A stretch of DNA of 64,000 bases from a virus. Position numbers and translations under genes: made by a program. Every line of letters begins with the position of its first letter. Position 1 is the first letter of the stretch. Below are positions 29,811 through 39,153 of the stretch, piece by piece. Below the pieces are notes generated by a model. That model was given only the letters and a program-made list of their open reading frames with translations. It did no database searches and had not been told where the DNA came from. Location of the stretch: positions 62,863-126,862 of IMG/VR virus record IMGVR_UViG_3300025887_000010; one strand, written 5' to 3'.

Positions 29811-30383
29811 ATGACCATCCCAACCAACCAAATCCCATCAGTCGCCATGTCGAACGACGTTGAGAGTCTCGTCGTGTCTCTAAACTCGATCATCGCGAGA
29901 ACTCAACAGATCGCTGAAGAGTACAATGTGACGGCAAGTGCAGTCGCTGGCACAGGCGAACTAACTGATCTAGAAACTACCGCGAAGACCAACGTTGTTT
30001 CGGCAATCAATTCTCTTCGTACTGAGCTTCTGACCACCTATCAGCAAGGTCTTCTTCTCATTCCACCATCTGAAAAGACAGTCTCTGCGACTTCGTATAC
30101 AGTTCTCGATGAAGACTTTAACGGTGATGTTCTTATCACACTTGATTGCAGTGCCAATTCCATCGAGGTTATGTTCCCAGAAGGTCTTCTGAAGAATCGA
30201 CCACTTAAGTTCACCAAAATTGGAGCATTTGGTGCCACGTTGGTTATTGATCCACTCGGTACAGGCACACTGCGATCTCGTAGTGGTGCAAACACAATCA
30301 ATGGAAATTACGGTGTGGTCACAGCAGTTCGCTACACCGAAGACTCCGTGGATTCGTTCCTGATCTATGGTGATCTCGTCTAA
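29811..30383 (+). CDS. Fibre-associated protein
   Basis: One LETTAKTNVVSAIN repeat plus a beta-rich C-terminus. Confidence 0.6.
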   Translation: MTIPTNQIPSVAMSNDVESLVVSLNSIIARTQQIAEEYNVTASAVAGTGELTDLETTAKTNVVSAINSLRTELLTTYQQGLLLIPPSEKTVSATSYTVLDEDFNGDVLITLDCSANSIEVMFPEGLLKNRPLKFTKIGAFGATLVIDPLGTGTLRSRSGANTINGNYGVVTAVRYTEDSVDSFLIYGDLV

Positions 30384-30399
30384 CTTTCTGAAAAGAGTG

Positions 30400-30429
30400 T
30401 TGTACAATTGAAGTTTAGTGTGATATAAC
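30400..30429 (+). promoter_or_regulatory. Early promoter
   Basis: TTGTAC-N18-TATAAC. Confidence 0.7.
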
Positions 30430-30454
30430 TGAACTATCAAATAAGGATTTCCTC

Positions 30455-31345
30455 ATGATTTTAGTCGATTATCTCAACGTGGCCACCGCGTCGATTTTCA
30501 AAGCGATGCATACCGGCCATATGGATGAACTTTCGACCACATTCCTTCTCGGAAAGATTCGCACATATAACGCAGAGTTCCGAAGCGAATTTGGTGAATT
30601 GGTCATATGCTCGGATCATCGATCCTGGCGCAAAGACGAGTTCGAACACTACAAAGCACGTCGTGTTCATTCGGAAACTCCATCCCAGGAAACACAGGAC
30701 CTCTTCCGCATTCGTGACGAAGTGTATGACGCCTTGGTGGCTCATTCGCCTTATCGATGTGTAAAAGTTCCAGGTGCTGAGGGTGACGATGTCATGTACC
30801 AGCTATCTCGACATCCTGGGAAGCACATGATCGTGTCGAAAGACAAGGATATGTCTCAGCTTGTTTCGAAGCGTGTTCGTCAATGGGACCCAATCAAGAA
30901 GCAGGAGATCGACAATGGTCCTGGCTTCCTGAAACGACTTATCATGCATGGCGATGGTGGAGATGATATTCCGAACTTCATTTCTGATGATGACACATTC
31001 GTAAATCCAAGCAAGCGTCAACGTCCTATCACTGGTCGAATTCGAAAGTTCATTGCCGAGACAATCGATCCCATGGTGGAATTCGATTATCTCAAAGTCA
31101 AGGGTGTCACATCCGAACAGATGCGTGCCAACTGGAAACGCAACGAAGTTCTGATCGATCTCAAGCGGACTCCGCGTTCAATCCTTGATTCCATCAGTGA
31201 CGAATTCCACCGCCAACAAAATAAGAAAGGTGATCTCATATCACTTTTCACCGAACTTCGTGCTGGCAACTTTCTGTCGAAGTCTAACGATTTCGTTCCG
31301 AACAAAACCGGCGTTGAAGCAACTCATACGCAACTAGACCTGTAA
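30455..31345 (+). CDS. rnh: T4-type RNase H / 5'-3' exonuclease
   Basis: ILVDY, DHRSWRK..F.HYKARR, GAEGDD, SKDKDMSQL, GDGGDDIPN. Confidence 0.92.
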   Translation: MILVDYLNVATASIFKAMHTGHMDELSTTFLLGKIRTYNAEFRSEFGELVICSDHRSWRKDEFEHYKARRVHSETPSQETQDLFRIRDEVYDALVAHSPYRCVKVPGAEGDDVMYQLSRHPGKHMIVSKDKDMSQLVSKRVRQWDPIKKQEIDNGPGFLKRLIMHGDGGDDIPNFISDDDTFVNPSKRQRPITGRIRKFIAETIDPMVEFDYLKVKGVTSEQMRANWKRNEVLIDLKRTPRSILDSISDEFHRQQNKKGDLISLFTELRAGNFLSKSNDFVPNKTGVEATHTQLDL

Positions 31346-31356
31346 AGGAAAAACAC

Positions 31357-32148
31357 ATGTCACGAGACCCAAGTCCATATCACGAATTGATGACCGATTC
31401 GAAGAATCACGCAGAACTTGCAAAGACTGAACCAACAAAGACTCTCGACAAGCTTGTTTGGCTTGCAATGGGTGGATCAGAGACTGCGCTCTCTGGAGGC
31501 TTCGACTCGAAATACTTCCAACCATCTAACCGTCCGAATTCGACTATCGAGCGATTTTGTGAAGACGTTCTCGATAAGTTTTTCGATGTGCGATTCCGTA
31601 AGGAAGAAGCACCTCGAGTGTTCATGCAGAACTTCAATCGCATGCCTCAGCCTGATCGCGATCTGATGAATCGACTTTTCAAAGGAAAGGTCACTATTCC
31701 TGACGAGATTGCTGCTGAATATGCTGGAGATCGTACTGTCATCATCAATGGTGTCGAATTGCCGATTTTTGAATTCAAGGCACCTGAGAAGAAGCCTGAA
31801 AAGGTATCTCCAGAGAAGCCTACAAAGGCACCACCAAAGAATGCGAAGAACGCGAAGAATGCGAAGAACGCGAAGAACGAGGAAAAATCTGATGGAAATG
31901 TCCAAAAACCAGCAGACGAAAAATCAACCACCAAAGTTGATGACGAAAAACCTGTCGAAGAGGTAGTCGTGTCGACCGACGAAAAACCTGTCGAAGAGGC
32001 AGTCGTCAATGATGCTAAAGAAAATGATGGAAAGACATCATCAGAAAACGATGAAAAGGCAATAGGCGAAGTTGATCAAATGGTAAGTGATGATCACGTC
32101 GAAGAAAATCATGACGATGAGAAACTCGAGGAACCCAAGGACTCCTAA
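31357..32148 (+). CDS. Hypothetical protein with a disordered K/E/D-rich tail
   Basis: Helical N-terminal domain loosely resembling the conserved ORF that follows rnh in marine T4-likes (DUF6433-like, tentative); low-complexity tail. Confidence 0.7.
   Translation: MSRDPSPYHELMTDSKNHAELAKTEPTKTLDKLVWLAMGGSETALSGGFDSKYFQPSNRPNSTIERFCEDVLDKFFDVRFRKEEAPRVFMQNFNRMPQPDRDLMNRLFKGKVTIPDEIAAEYAGDRTVIINGVELPIFEFKAPEKKPEKVSPEKPTKAPPKNAKNAKNAKNAKNEEKSDGNVQKPADEKSTTKVDDEKPVEEVVVSTDEKPVEEAVVNDAKENDGKTSSENDEKAIGEVDQMVSDDHVEENHDDEKLEEPKDS
31837..31878 (+). repeat. 9 bp coding tandem repeat (AAGAAYGCG)n = KNA
   Basis: Four full units plus one partial unit. Confidence 0.95.
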
Positions 32149-32166
32149 TCGTCATCGATAATACAG

Positions 32167-32192
32167 AATGGCGGAACGTAAGTTTCGTCATT
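32167..32192 (+). terminator. Intrinsic terminator
   Basis: AATGGCGGAAC-GTAA-GTTTCGTCATT (G-U pairs) followed by TGTTGT. Confidence 0.7.
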
Positions 32193-32237
32193 TGTTGTCT
32201 CAGTATCAGAATACAAACCGAAGAAAGTGATGCATGA

Positions 32238-34574
32238 ATGCAGAATGAAAGCTACTTTACGATGCCCATTTCCAATCAAATCTGGGGAATGAAGTACCAA
32301 CTCAAAAATTTCGATGAAACTCCTATTGATCTTGACGTAAGAGACACCTGGAATAGAATCGCAGATGCATTATCTCAAAACGAAGAAGATAGCGCAAAAA
32401 GGAAAATGGAATTCTACGATTCTCTCGAGAACTTCAAATTCCTTCCTGCTGGTCGAATTACTGCAGGTGCAGGAACTGATCGAAATGTGACTCTCTTCAA
32501 TTGTTTCGTCATGGGCACTATCCCCGATAGTATGAATGGGATTTTCGACATGTTGAAGGAAGCTGCTTTGACAATGCAACAAGGTGGCGGGATCGGCTAT
32601 GACTTTAGCACAATACGACCAAAAGGCACAGAAGTCAAAGGTGTTGCCGCTGATGCATCTGGTCCATTGTCCTTCATGGATGTCTGGGACGCAATGTGTC
32701 GTACAGTCATGTCTGCTGGTTCACGTCGAGGAGCAATGATGGCGACAATGCGTTGTGATCACCCTGACATCGAGGACTACATAGTTGCGAAACACGATGC
32801 CGCACGTCTTCGCATGTTCAATATGTCCGTCCTGATCACTGACTCGTTTATGGATGCTGTAAAAAGTGACAGTATGTGGGACCTTGTCTGGCAAGGCAAA
32901 GTCCATAAGAGCATGAAAGCACGTGATCTGTGGAATGCAATCATGAAATCAACATATGATGCTGCCGAACCCGGCGTGATTTTTATCGACCGCATCAACC
33001 AGATGAACAATCTGAACTATTGCGAAACGATTGCCGCAACGAACCCCTGCGGTGAACAGCCACTGCCGCCCTATGGCGCCTGTCTTCTTGGCTCTATCAA
33101 TCTTGCGCAGTTGGTTGTCGATCCATTCACTGACGATGCCAAAATTGATTACTACTTGCTGGAAAAGACAGTCATGAATGCCATTCGAATGCTTGACAAC
33201 GTCATCGATGTAAGCAAGTTCCCACTTCCTGAACAAGAAGCTGAAGCGAAAGCGAAGCGTCGTATCGGTCTTGGCGTGACTGGTGTTGCAGATATGCTTA
33301 TGATGGTTGGTCTTCGATATGGAACATCCGAAGCAGAATCTTACTTCGATTCTGTAATGGAAGAGTTTACATGCTGTGCATATATGGCTTCTATTGAACT
33401 TGCGAAAGAAAAGGGACCATTCCCATTGTATGATGAGGAAGAGTTCCTGAAATCTGGCTTCATCAATGCTTATCACTTTCCTGAGCAACTTCGAAATCTC
33501 ATAAAGGAGCATGGCATTCGAAATGCATTGGTGACATCGATTGCTCCAACAGGAACGATCAGTTTGTATGCCAACAATGTCAGCTCTGGAATCGAACCTG
33601 TTTTCGCATATTCGTATATGAGGAAAGTCTTGCAGAAAGACGGATCAAAGACTGAAGACCTCGTTGAAGACTTTGCAGTTGCGAAGTTTCGGGATTTCTG
33701 GAAAAAGAACATTTTCATTCCTTCTCATGGGGGAATGGACGAAGAATTCTCTGATCGGTGTCTTCCCGACTATTTCGTGAATGCTCAGACATTGGATCCA
33801 TCTGATCATATTCGAATGCAGGCAGTAGCTCAGAAATGGATTGACTCTTCAATCTCGAAGACAGTTAACTGCCCTGAAGACATCACCTTCGAAGACTTCA
33901 AACAGATCTACATGGATGCCTATGATCTTGGTTGCAAAGGATGTACAACTTACCGTCCGAATGATATCACTGGCAGTGTCTTGACAGTGGTCGAAAAACC
34001 AAAGGAAAAACCTGATGTTGTTGCTAAAGAGCCTGTCATCAAGAAAACCATTCCTGAATTGCCTGAACGTCCATCATCTCTTCATGGAACAACGTATAAG
34101 TTGAAGTGGCCTACCTCTGATCACGCTCTCTACATCACGATCAATGACAAAATCGTTGATAATGTCTCGAGTCCTTTCGAAATCTTCATCAATTCGAAGA
34201 ATACAGAGCATTTCGCATGGATGGTTGCACTCACACGAATGGTATCTGCGGTCTTCCGTCGTGGTGGTGATGTGTCATTCGTTGCTGAAGAGCTTCGTGC
34301 AGTCTTCGACCCGAATGGTGGAGCATGGGTAAAAGGCAAGTACTATCCATCGATGATTGCTTCGATTGGTGATGTCATTCAACAACACCTTCAGGTTTTG
34401 TCTGGCGCAAATCCCGACACTTTGGTCACTAATGATGCTGTTGAGTCCATCTCAATTCAAGACAACAAGCATCCTTCTCCTCCATCTCAGTGCCCAACAT
34501 GTAGTGAATTCGCGATGATCGTACAGAGTGGATGCCCGACATGCACAAACTGTGGTTATTCGAAGTGCGGATGA
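32238..34574 (+). CDS. nrdJ: Class II (adenosylcobalamin-dependent) ribonucleotide reductase
   Basis: FLPAGRI, LFNCFV, QQGGGIGYDFS, RRGAMM, ATNPCGEQPL, SIAPTGTIS, SISKT, KGCTTYR, TSCPD-like region and C-terminal CPTC..CPTCTNCGYSKC. Confidence 0.95.
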   Translation: MQNESYFTMPISNQIWGMKYQLKNFDETPIDLDVRDTWNRIADALSQNEEDSAKRKMEFYDSLENFKFLPAGRITAGAGTDRNVTLFNCFVMGTIPDSMNGIFDMLKEAALTMQQGGGIGYDFSTIRPKGTEVKGVAADASGPLSFMDVWDAMCRTVMSAGSRRGAMMATMRCDHPDIEDYIVAKHDAARLRMFNMSVLITDSFMDAVKSDSMWDLVWQGKVHKSMKARDLWNAIMKSTYDAAEPGVIFIDRINQMNNLNYCETIAATNPCGEQPLPPYGACLLGSINLAQLVVDPFTDDAKIDYYLLEKTVMNAIRMLDNVIDVSKFPLPEQEAEAKAKRRIGLGVTGVADMLMMVGLRYGTSEAESYFDSVMEEFTCCAYMASIELAKEKGPFPLYDEEEFLKSGFINAYHFPEQLRNLIKEHGIRNALVTSIAPTGTISLYANNVSSGIEPVFAYSYMRKVLQKDGSKTEDLVEDFAVAKFRDFWKKNIFIPSHGGMDEEFSDRCLPDYFVNAQTLDPSDHIRMQAVAQKWIDSSISKTVNCPEDITFEDFKQIYMDAYDLGCKGCTTYRPNDITGSVLTVVEKPKEKPDVVAKEPVIKKTIPELPERPSSLHGTTYKLKWPTSDHALYITINDKIVDNVSSPFEIFINSKNTEHFAWMVALTRMVSAVFRRGGDVSFVAEELRAVFDPNGGAWVKGKYYPSMIASIGDVIQQHLQVLSGANPDTLVTNDAVESISIQDNKHPSPPSQCPTCSEFAMIVQSGCPTCTNCGYSKCG

Positions 34575-34598
34575 TCATTATCCTTTAGATGAAAGTAG

Positions 34599-34626
34599 AA
34601 TGGGCCATACCGAATGGCCCATTTTT
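34599..34626 (+). terminator. Intrinsic terminator after nrdJ
   Basis: AATGGGCCAT-ACCGA-ATGGCCCATT followed by TTT. Confidence 0.8.
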
Positions 34627-34648
34627 GTCAAACTACGCACATTTAGTT

Positions 34649-34678
34649 GTGTACAATGGAATTCCAATGTGATACTTT
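34649..34678 (+). promoter_or_regulatory. Early promoter
   Basis: GTGTAC-N18-TACTTT. Confidence 0.8.
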
Positions 34679-34713
34679 GAATTATCAAATCAAACAAACA
34701 AAGGAAATCAATC

Positions 34714-35157
34714 ATGGTCAAGAGAGAAACATTTACAGTCGATGAACTCGTTAATGAAGTTAGTCTCTTTGCAAAAACCCCATACGGTGTCAAGCGTGAA
34801 TGGGAAGCACGTCTTTCTATCTACTCCAAAGAATCAATGAAGGAAATTATCGGGAATACCAAAACTCGCCCAGGTGCAATCAACAAATTCAAGATTCATT
34901 TCAAGACAACACCTGCACCTCTTCTCGATATCAAAATGACCGAAAATGAAATCGACATTCTGATGTCCCTTTCATGCAAGGACGATCCATCGAGTCTTGA
35001 TTTTCTTGCAGAAAACACCAATCGCTCTATCGCAAGTGTTCGTGGAATTGTCCGCTCCATGCTGAAGAAAGGACTCGTAGCTGAAGATGATGAATCTGCT
35101 CTCATCTGGTTGACTGTGATCGGTATGGCTGAACAAAATCGCAAAAGTGATTATTAG
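34714..35157 (+). CDS. Protein with a C-terminal winged helix-turn-helix (MarR-like)
   Basis: TENEIDILMSL...LAENTNRSIASVRGIVRSMLKKGLV...IWLT..G. Confidence 0.7.
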   Translation: MVKRETFTVDELVNEVSLFAKTPYGVKREWEARLSIYSKESMKEIIGNTKTRPGAINKFKIHFKTTPAPLLDIKMTENEIDILMSLSCKDDPSSLDFLAENTNRSIASVRGIVRSMLKKGLVAEDDESALIWLTVIGMAEQNRKSDY

Positions 35158-35171
35158 ATGCCAGTCACTAT

Positions 35172-35258
35172 TCAGAGGAACTCAGGGATTCACTGGGTTC
35201 CTCCCTGCCGTTTGATGTATATTATATTGTCAATTTCTGAATAGACTCAGTGAGCTTC
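35172..35258 (+). repeat. Conserved ~88 bp intergenic element, copy 2
   Basis: TCAGAGGAACTCAGGGATTCACTGGGTTCCTC...TTGATG..ATATTGTCAA...GACTCAGTGAGCTTC. Confidence 0.85.
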
Positions 35259-35288
35259 AGGTTTATTGAGTGAATCAGTCACTTTAGT

Positions 35289-35318
35289 ATGTACATGTCT
35301 AGTGGAATGTGATATCAT
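35289..35318 (+). promoter_or_regulatory. Early promoter
   Basis: ATGTAC-N18-TATCAT. Confidence 0.7.
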
Positions 35319-35332
35319 AAAACTATAAACAA

Positions 35333-35536
35333 ATGATAGCAAACATGTCAATCAAAATTAACGTAACCTCCTCAAACTCAGTGAGCTCTATCACGATGGC
35401 TCACTTCATTGCAGAAGTTCTTGAAGAACGTGGATTCGATGTTATTCCTTCTGCTGATGGAAAACCTTTTACTCAACTCGAAATGCAAGAGCAAATGGTG
35501 GACATTTCACAGAGTGTAGAAGTTAATCACACGTGA
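35333..35536 (+). CDS. Hypothetical protein
   Basis: 67 aa, first ORF after the promoter; start uncertain. Confidence 0.6.
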   Translation: MIANMSIKINVTSSNSVSSITMAHFIAEVLEERGFDVIPSADGKPFTQLEMQEQMVDISQSVEVNHT

Positions 35537-35700
35537 TGCTCAGTATCGCTGGAAAAATCCTCTGCAGACTCGGATTTCATTCCGAGCTTTTCGGAGACAT
35601 TCATCCTACTCACCCACAAGGACAAGGATGGGGATGGTACAACAAGTGCAAACGATGTGAATGGAAATCAGAACCTTTCGTTATCACGAATGAAGAATAG
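35536..35700 (+). CDS. Small Cys/His protein (DUF1660-like; not in the ORF track)
   Basis: KILCRLGFH...KCKRC; TGATG overlap. Confidence 0.6.
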   Translation: MLSIAGKILCRLGFHSELFGDIHPTHPQGQGWGWYNKCKRCEWKSEPFVITNEE

Positions 35701-35715
35701 GAAAATTCTAGTCGA

Positions 35716-37317
35716 ATGAATGAAGAACTCAAAGAAAGGCTATATAAGGCCTTCAAACAGGTTGCGCCTGATTACGAGCCGCGTCCAGGACAGATAGAAG
35801 CCTGTGTCGAAATCGTTGAAAGTTTCAATAGTGGCTCTCGTCATGTAGTTCTTGAAGCTCCAACTGGTTCTGGTAAATCGTTGATTGCAGCAACAATCAT
35901 GACGTACCTTGCGAAAGAGTTTGAACTTCGCTCTGTTTTGACGACTGTGACAAAATCTCTCCAGAATCAGTATCTTCGTGACTTCAGATGGATCAGTGAT
36001 ATTCGTAGTTCGTCGAATGACGTTTATCGGTGCAATATAGGATTCGTTCGCTCTGATCTCGAATGCAAATCTCAACGCAAAGAGCTTGAATGTGACAATG
36101 CACGCCAATGTCCATATAAGCGTGCAATCAAGGAGTTCTTTGCTTCAAGGAGAGCAATGTCAAATCTGCAGTTCCTTTGCAACGTTCCTCATCTCGGTGA
36201 TACTGATCTGCTTGTCATGGACGAAGCCCATGAAACTGAGTCAGTTGTGATTGGTCAAACCGAAATTGGTCTCCCTATTGTAAATATGGAGCTCATTCGA
36301 CTTCTCATTCCGAAGTCTGAAGACTATCAGATGTTCTCGAATCTGTGGAATAATGCTGAAAAGGCTTTGTTCATGTACGAGCAAGACGTCGTTTTCGAAA
36401 TGCCATTAATCGATGAGTTCGTCAACATGTCGAACATTCTCGAAGGGGTCGTTGCCAAGCTAGAATCTAAACTCGGCGCCTATATGGAGCAACCCCTGTT
36501 TAAGCGTGCATACCGTCATGCGAACTCTCTCATCCGTGCAATTTCACCGATCATAAATGGAGCAGGGTTTCGCTTCGTTCAAACTGGTGACCGTGAGTTC
36601 AAGCCGATTTATGCGTCAGAGTTCACAAGGTCAAAAATCTACTCGAAAGCAAATCGTTTTCTCCATATGTCGGCAACAATCTGTGGTTTTGATGCTTATT
36701 GTGAAGAAGTTGGTATTCCTCAAGATGAAGCAAGCTTTGTGGAAATGTCACACCCGATTGATGTTGAACGTCGTATCGTCAATTTCAAGCCTGCCGCGTG
36801 GATGAGCTTCAAGAACTACTCATCTGACATTGAAAAGACTGCAAATGCTATTGACATTCTGATTGAAGAGCATGGAAACAAGAACACTGTCATCCATACT
36901 GCCTCATATAAGAGAGCAGATGACATCAAGGCTAAATCTCGCCATAAGATCGAGGTGTTCAAGAGTCACCCAGACGTGATAAAATACCTGTCTTCTTCTG
37001 ATAGTGAGAAATTCGTCGCATCTCCTTCAATTCATGCTGGTCTTGACGCAAAGGATGATATGTGCCGTCTCAACATTATCTGTAAGCTTCCTTTTCCGTC
37101 ACTGGGTGATCCTCGTATGAGATATTTGATGAAAGCTGATCCACGTATCTACAACCTTCAAGTTGCTCGAAATGTTGTTCAGGCTTGCGGTCGAGGAACA
37201 CGAGGAATAGATGACCATTCTGTCACATACATTCTTGACGGAAACTTCAAGCGTCTTTTGGATCAATATCGACACCTGATGCCATTATGGTTCAGAGAAT
37301 CGATTCGAGGAATGTGA
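35716..37317 (+). CDS. DinG/XPD-family SF2 helicase with a probable Fe-S cluster
   Basis: Q motif PRPGQ, APTGSGKS, four Cys (C.....C....C.....CPY), DEAH, MSAT, GLD, KLPFP, QACGRGTR. Confidence 0.9.
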   Translation: MNEELKERLYKAFKQVAPDYEPRPGQIEACVEIVESFNSGSRHVVLEAPTGSGKSLIAATIMTYLAKEFELRSVLTTVTKSLQNQYLRDFRWISDIRSSSNDVYRCNIGFVRSDLECKSQRKELECDNARQCPYKRAIKEFFASRRAMSNLQFLCNVPHLGDTDLLVMDEAHETESVVIGQTEIGLPIVNMELIRLLIPKSEDYQMFSNLWNNAEKALFMYEQDVVFEMPLIDEFVNMSNILEGVVAKLESKLGAYMEQPLFKRAYRHANSLIRAISPIINGAGFRFVQTGDREFKPIYASEFTRSKIYSKANRFLHMSATICGFDAYCEEVGIPQDEASFVEMSHPIDVERRIVNFKPAAWMSFKNYSSDIEKTANAIDILIEEHGNKNTVIHTASYKRADDIKAKSRHKIEVFKSHPDVIKYLSSSDSEKFVASPSIHAGLDAKDDMCRLNIICKLPFPSLGDPRMRYLMKADPRIYNLQVARNVVQACGRGTRGIDDHSVTYILDGNFKRLLDQYRHLMPLWFRESIRGM

Positions 37318-37382
37318 GCCTTTCGCATGCGTGGTGTGACGACACGTCTATTTCGTCACTTTCTCTGAATGGGAGATCAGGA

Positions 37383-37727
37383 ATGATCAACAACCAAAAC
37401 CGACCCACCCGCTTTTTCCTTGAACGCAACAATGGAACAGAGCGAATCTATATTGGTCATTCACACATGCCCAATTATGGCTTTTGCTTTGCGTTCATCG
37501 GCAACATCAATACGTTCGTCGAATGGAAAGCTCATGTGAAGAAGAAGATCGGTCAGAAATGGAATTTGCGCGACAGTGAATTCAACATTCTTGAGTTCGA
37601 CGATATCGTGAACTTCGCTATCTACTGCAACTCGATCACCCCATCGGGCTTCTTCGAACGTCACCGTGATAAGTCCGGTTTTCGTTTCGCACAGGTCCGT
37701 GACAACCGAAAGGAACCTGCCCAATGA
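37383..37727 (+). CDS. Hypothetical protein (start revised)
   Basis: AGGA RBS before ATG 37383; ATGA overlap with uvsX. Confidence 0.65.
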   Translation: MINNQNRPTRFFLERNNGTERIYIGHSHMPNYGFCFAFIGNINTFVEWKAHVKKKIGQKWNLRDSEFNILEFDDIVNFAIYCNSITPSGFFERHRDKSGFRFAQVRDNRKEPAQ

Positions 37728-38776
37728 GCAAACTTCTCGAGAAGATGAAAAAAGCAAGTGCCAAGCGAGTCGACTCGCACACAATGGACAACACGGACTT
37801 TGCTGATCCGAAACACGTTGCTCCATGCCACCAAAACATCCTGAGCTTCCTCTACTCTGGTAAGATTCGTGGACCAGGTGCTGGCATTCCACCAGGACTT
37901 CACATGCTCGCAGGTCAATCGAAATCGGGTAAGACTCAGCTTGCACTGAACGCTGTGAAGGACTATCTCGACTTTTATCCTGATGCGATCTGCATCTTCT
38001 ATGACACCGAGTTCGGTGGCGGACACTCATGGGAGAAGATGGGAATCGACACTTCACGTGTCATTCACGTTCCGATCATGGATGTGGAAGCGTGGAAGTT
38101 CGACTTCATGCAGAAATTCAAGGAAATCACACGAGGAGATCGCATCATCTTTATGGTCGACAGCCTTGGGATGATGGGTTCGAAGAAGGAAACCGACGAT
38201 GCTGAGAACGAAAGTTCGAAAGCTGACATGTCTCGTGCGAAGGCGATTGCTTCGGCTCTTCGTCTGATCACTCCTCGTCTCTCGTACTACAACTGCCCGA
38301 TGGTATGCATCAACCACACCGGAAAGACACTCGAATTGTTCTCGAAAGAGATCATGACAGGTGGTCAGAAAGCAACTCTCGCTCCGAACACGATTGTCTT
38401 CTTCGCCAAGTCGAAGATCATCAACGACAAGGACGAGAACGCAATCGATTATGGTCAGGTTGGCTTCACCTTCAAGCTGAAGATCAACAAGTCTCGCATT
38501 CTCAAAGAAGGCGCTGTTCTCGAAATGCCTTGGAAGTATGGTCAATCACGTCCTTGGAAGTACACTGGAATGTGGAACATGGCCGAATCGCTAGGTGTTA
38601 TCTTCAGTCCATCGAAAGGTTGGCGAGCTCTAAAGCTCTTCGATCCGGAAACCGGTGAAGAGACCAACTCGGATAACTTCCGTGAGATGGATGTGAAGTG
38701 GACAGAGGAGTTCTACGATCGGCTCTTCGACGAGACCCGCTTCATTGAGTTGGCTGAAAAGAAATACCAGCTATAA
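37724..38776 (+). CDS. uvsX: RecA-like recombinase
   Basis: AGQSKSGKT, FYDTEFG, RVIHVPI, VDSLG, ADMSRAK, INHT, GG. Confidence 0.93.
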   Translation: MSKLLEKMKKASAKRVDSHTMDNTDFADPKHVAPCHQNILSFLYSGKIRGPGAGIPPGLHMLAGQSKSGKTQLALNAVKDYLDFYPDAICIFYDTEFGGGHSWEKMGIDTSRVIHVPIMDVEAWKFDFMQKFKEITRGDRIIFMVDSLGMMGSKKETDDAENESSKADMSRAKAIASALRLITPRLSYYNCPMVCINHTGKTLELFSKEIMTGGQKATLAPNTIVFFAKSKIINDKDENAIDYGQVGFTFKLKINKSRILKEGAVLEMPWKYGQSRPWKYTGMWNMAESLGVIFSPSKGWRALKLFDPETGEETNSDNFREMDVKWTEEFYDRLFDETRFIELAEKKYQL

Positions 38777-38788
38777 GGCTATAAGGTT

Positions 38789-38818
38789 GTGTACTTTCGT
38801 TCTCCTTTGTTCTATAAT
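38789..38818 (+). promoter_or_regulatory. Early promoter
   Basis: GTGTAC-N18-TATAAT; leader identical to that of the 62283 promoter. Confidence 0.9.
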
Positions 38819-38843
38819 CGAACTATAAACAAAGGAGAACGTT

Positions 38844-39089
38844 ATGACATATCCAGAAAACCATCGCCGCGCAAATCACAATGTCCATGTAAGTCCTATG
38901 GGTTATTGCGTCAAGTTTACTCACAAGGACTTCGAAATATCACTTGCTATTGACGGTGAGAAAACAGTAGTTTTCAAGCCTGATAGTGACCAACTGAGTT
39001 TTGATGAGTCTGTCATCTTCACGACAGATGGAACCAATGCAGCGCAAATCGTGGAAGCTGTTGCTTTCATTGATCAACTGACGGCTTAA
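38844..39089 (+). CDS. Hypothetical protein
   Basis: 81 aa, AAAGGAG RBS. Confidence 0.75.
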   Translation: MTYPENHRRANHNVHVSPMGYCVKFTHKDFEISLAIDGEKTVVFKPDSDQLSFDESVIFTTDGTNAAQIVEAVAFIDQLTA

Positions 39090-39105
39090 GGTGACTCAGA
39101 AATTT

Positions 39106-39133
39106 GACAGACGATTCTATCGAGTCGTCTGTC
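39106..39133. terminator. Hairpin (terminator or processing site) upstream of gp41
   Basis: GACAGACGATTC-TATC-GAGTCGTCTGTC. Confidence 0.55.
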
Positions 39134-39153
39134 TGTGTGAATTAAGGTAGATA

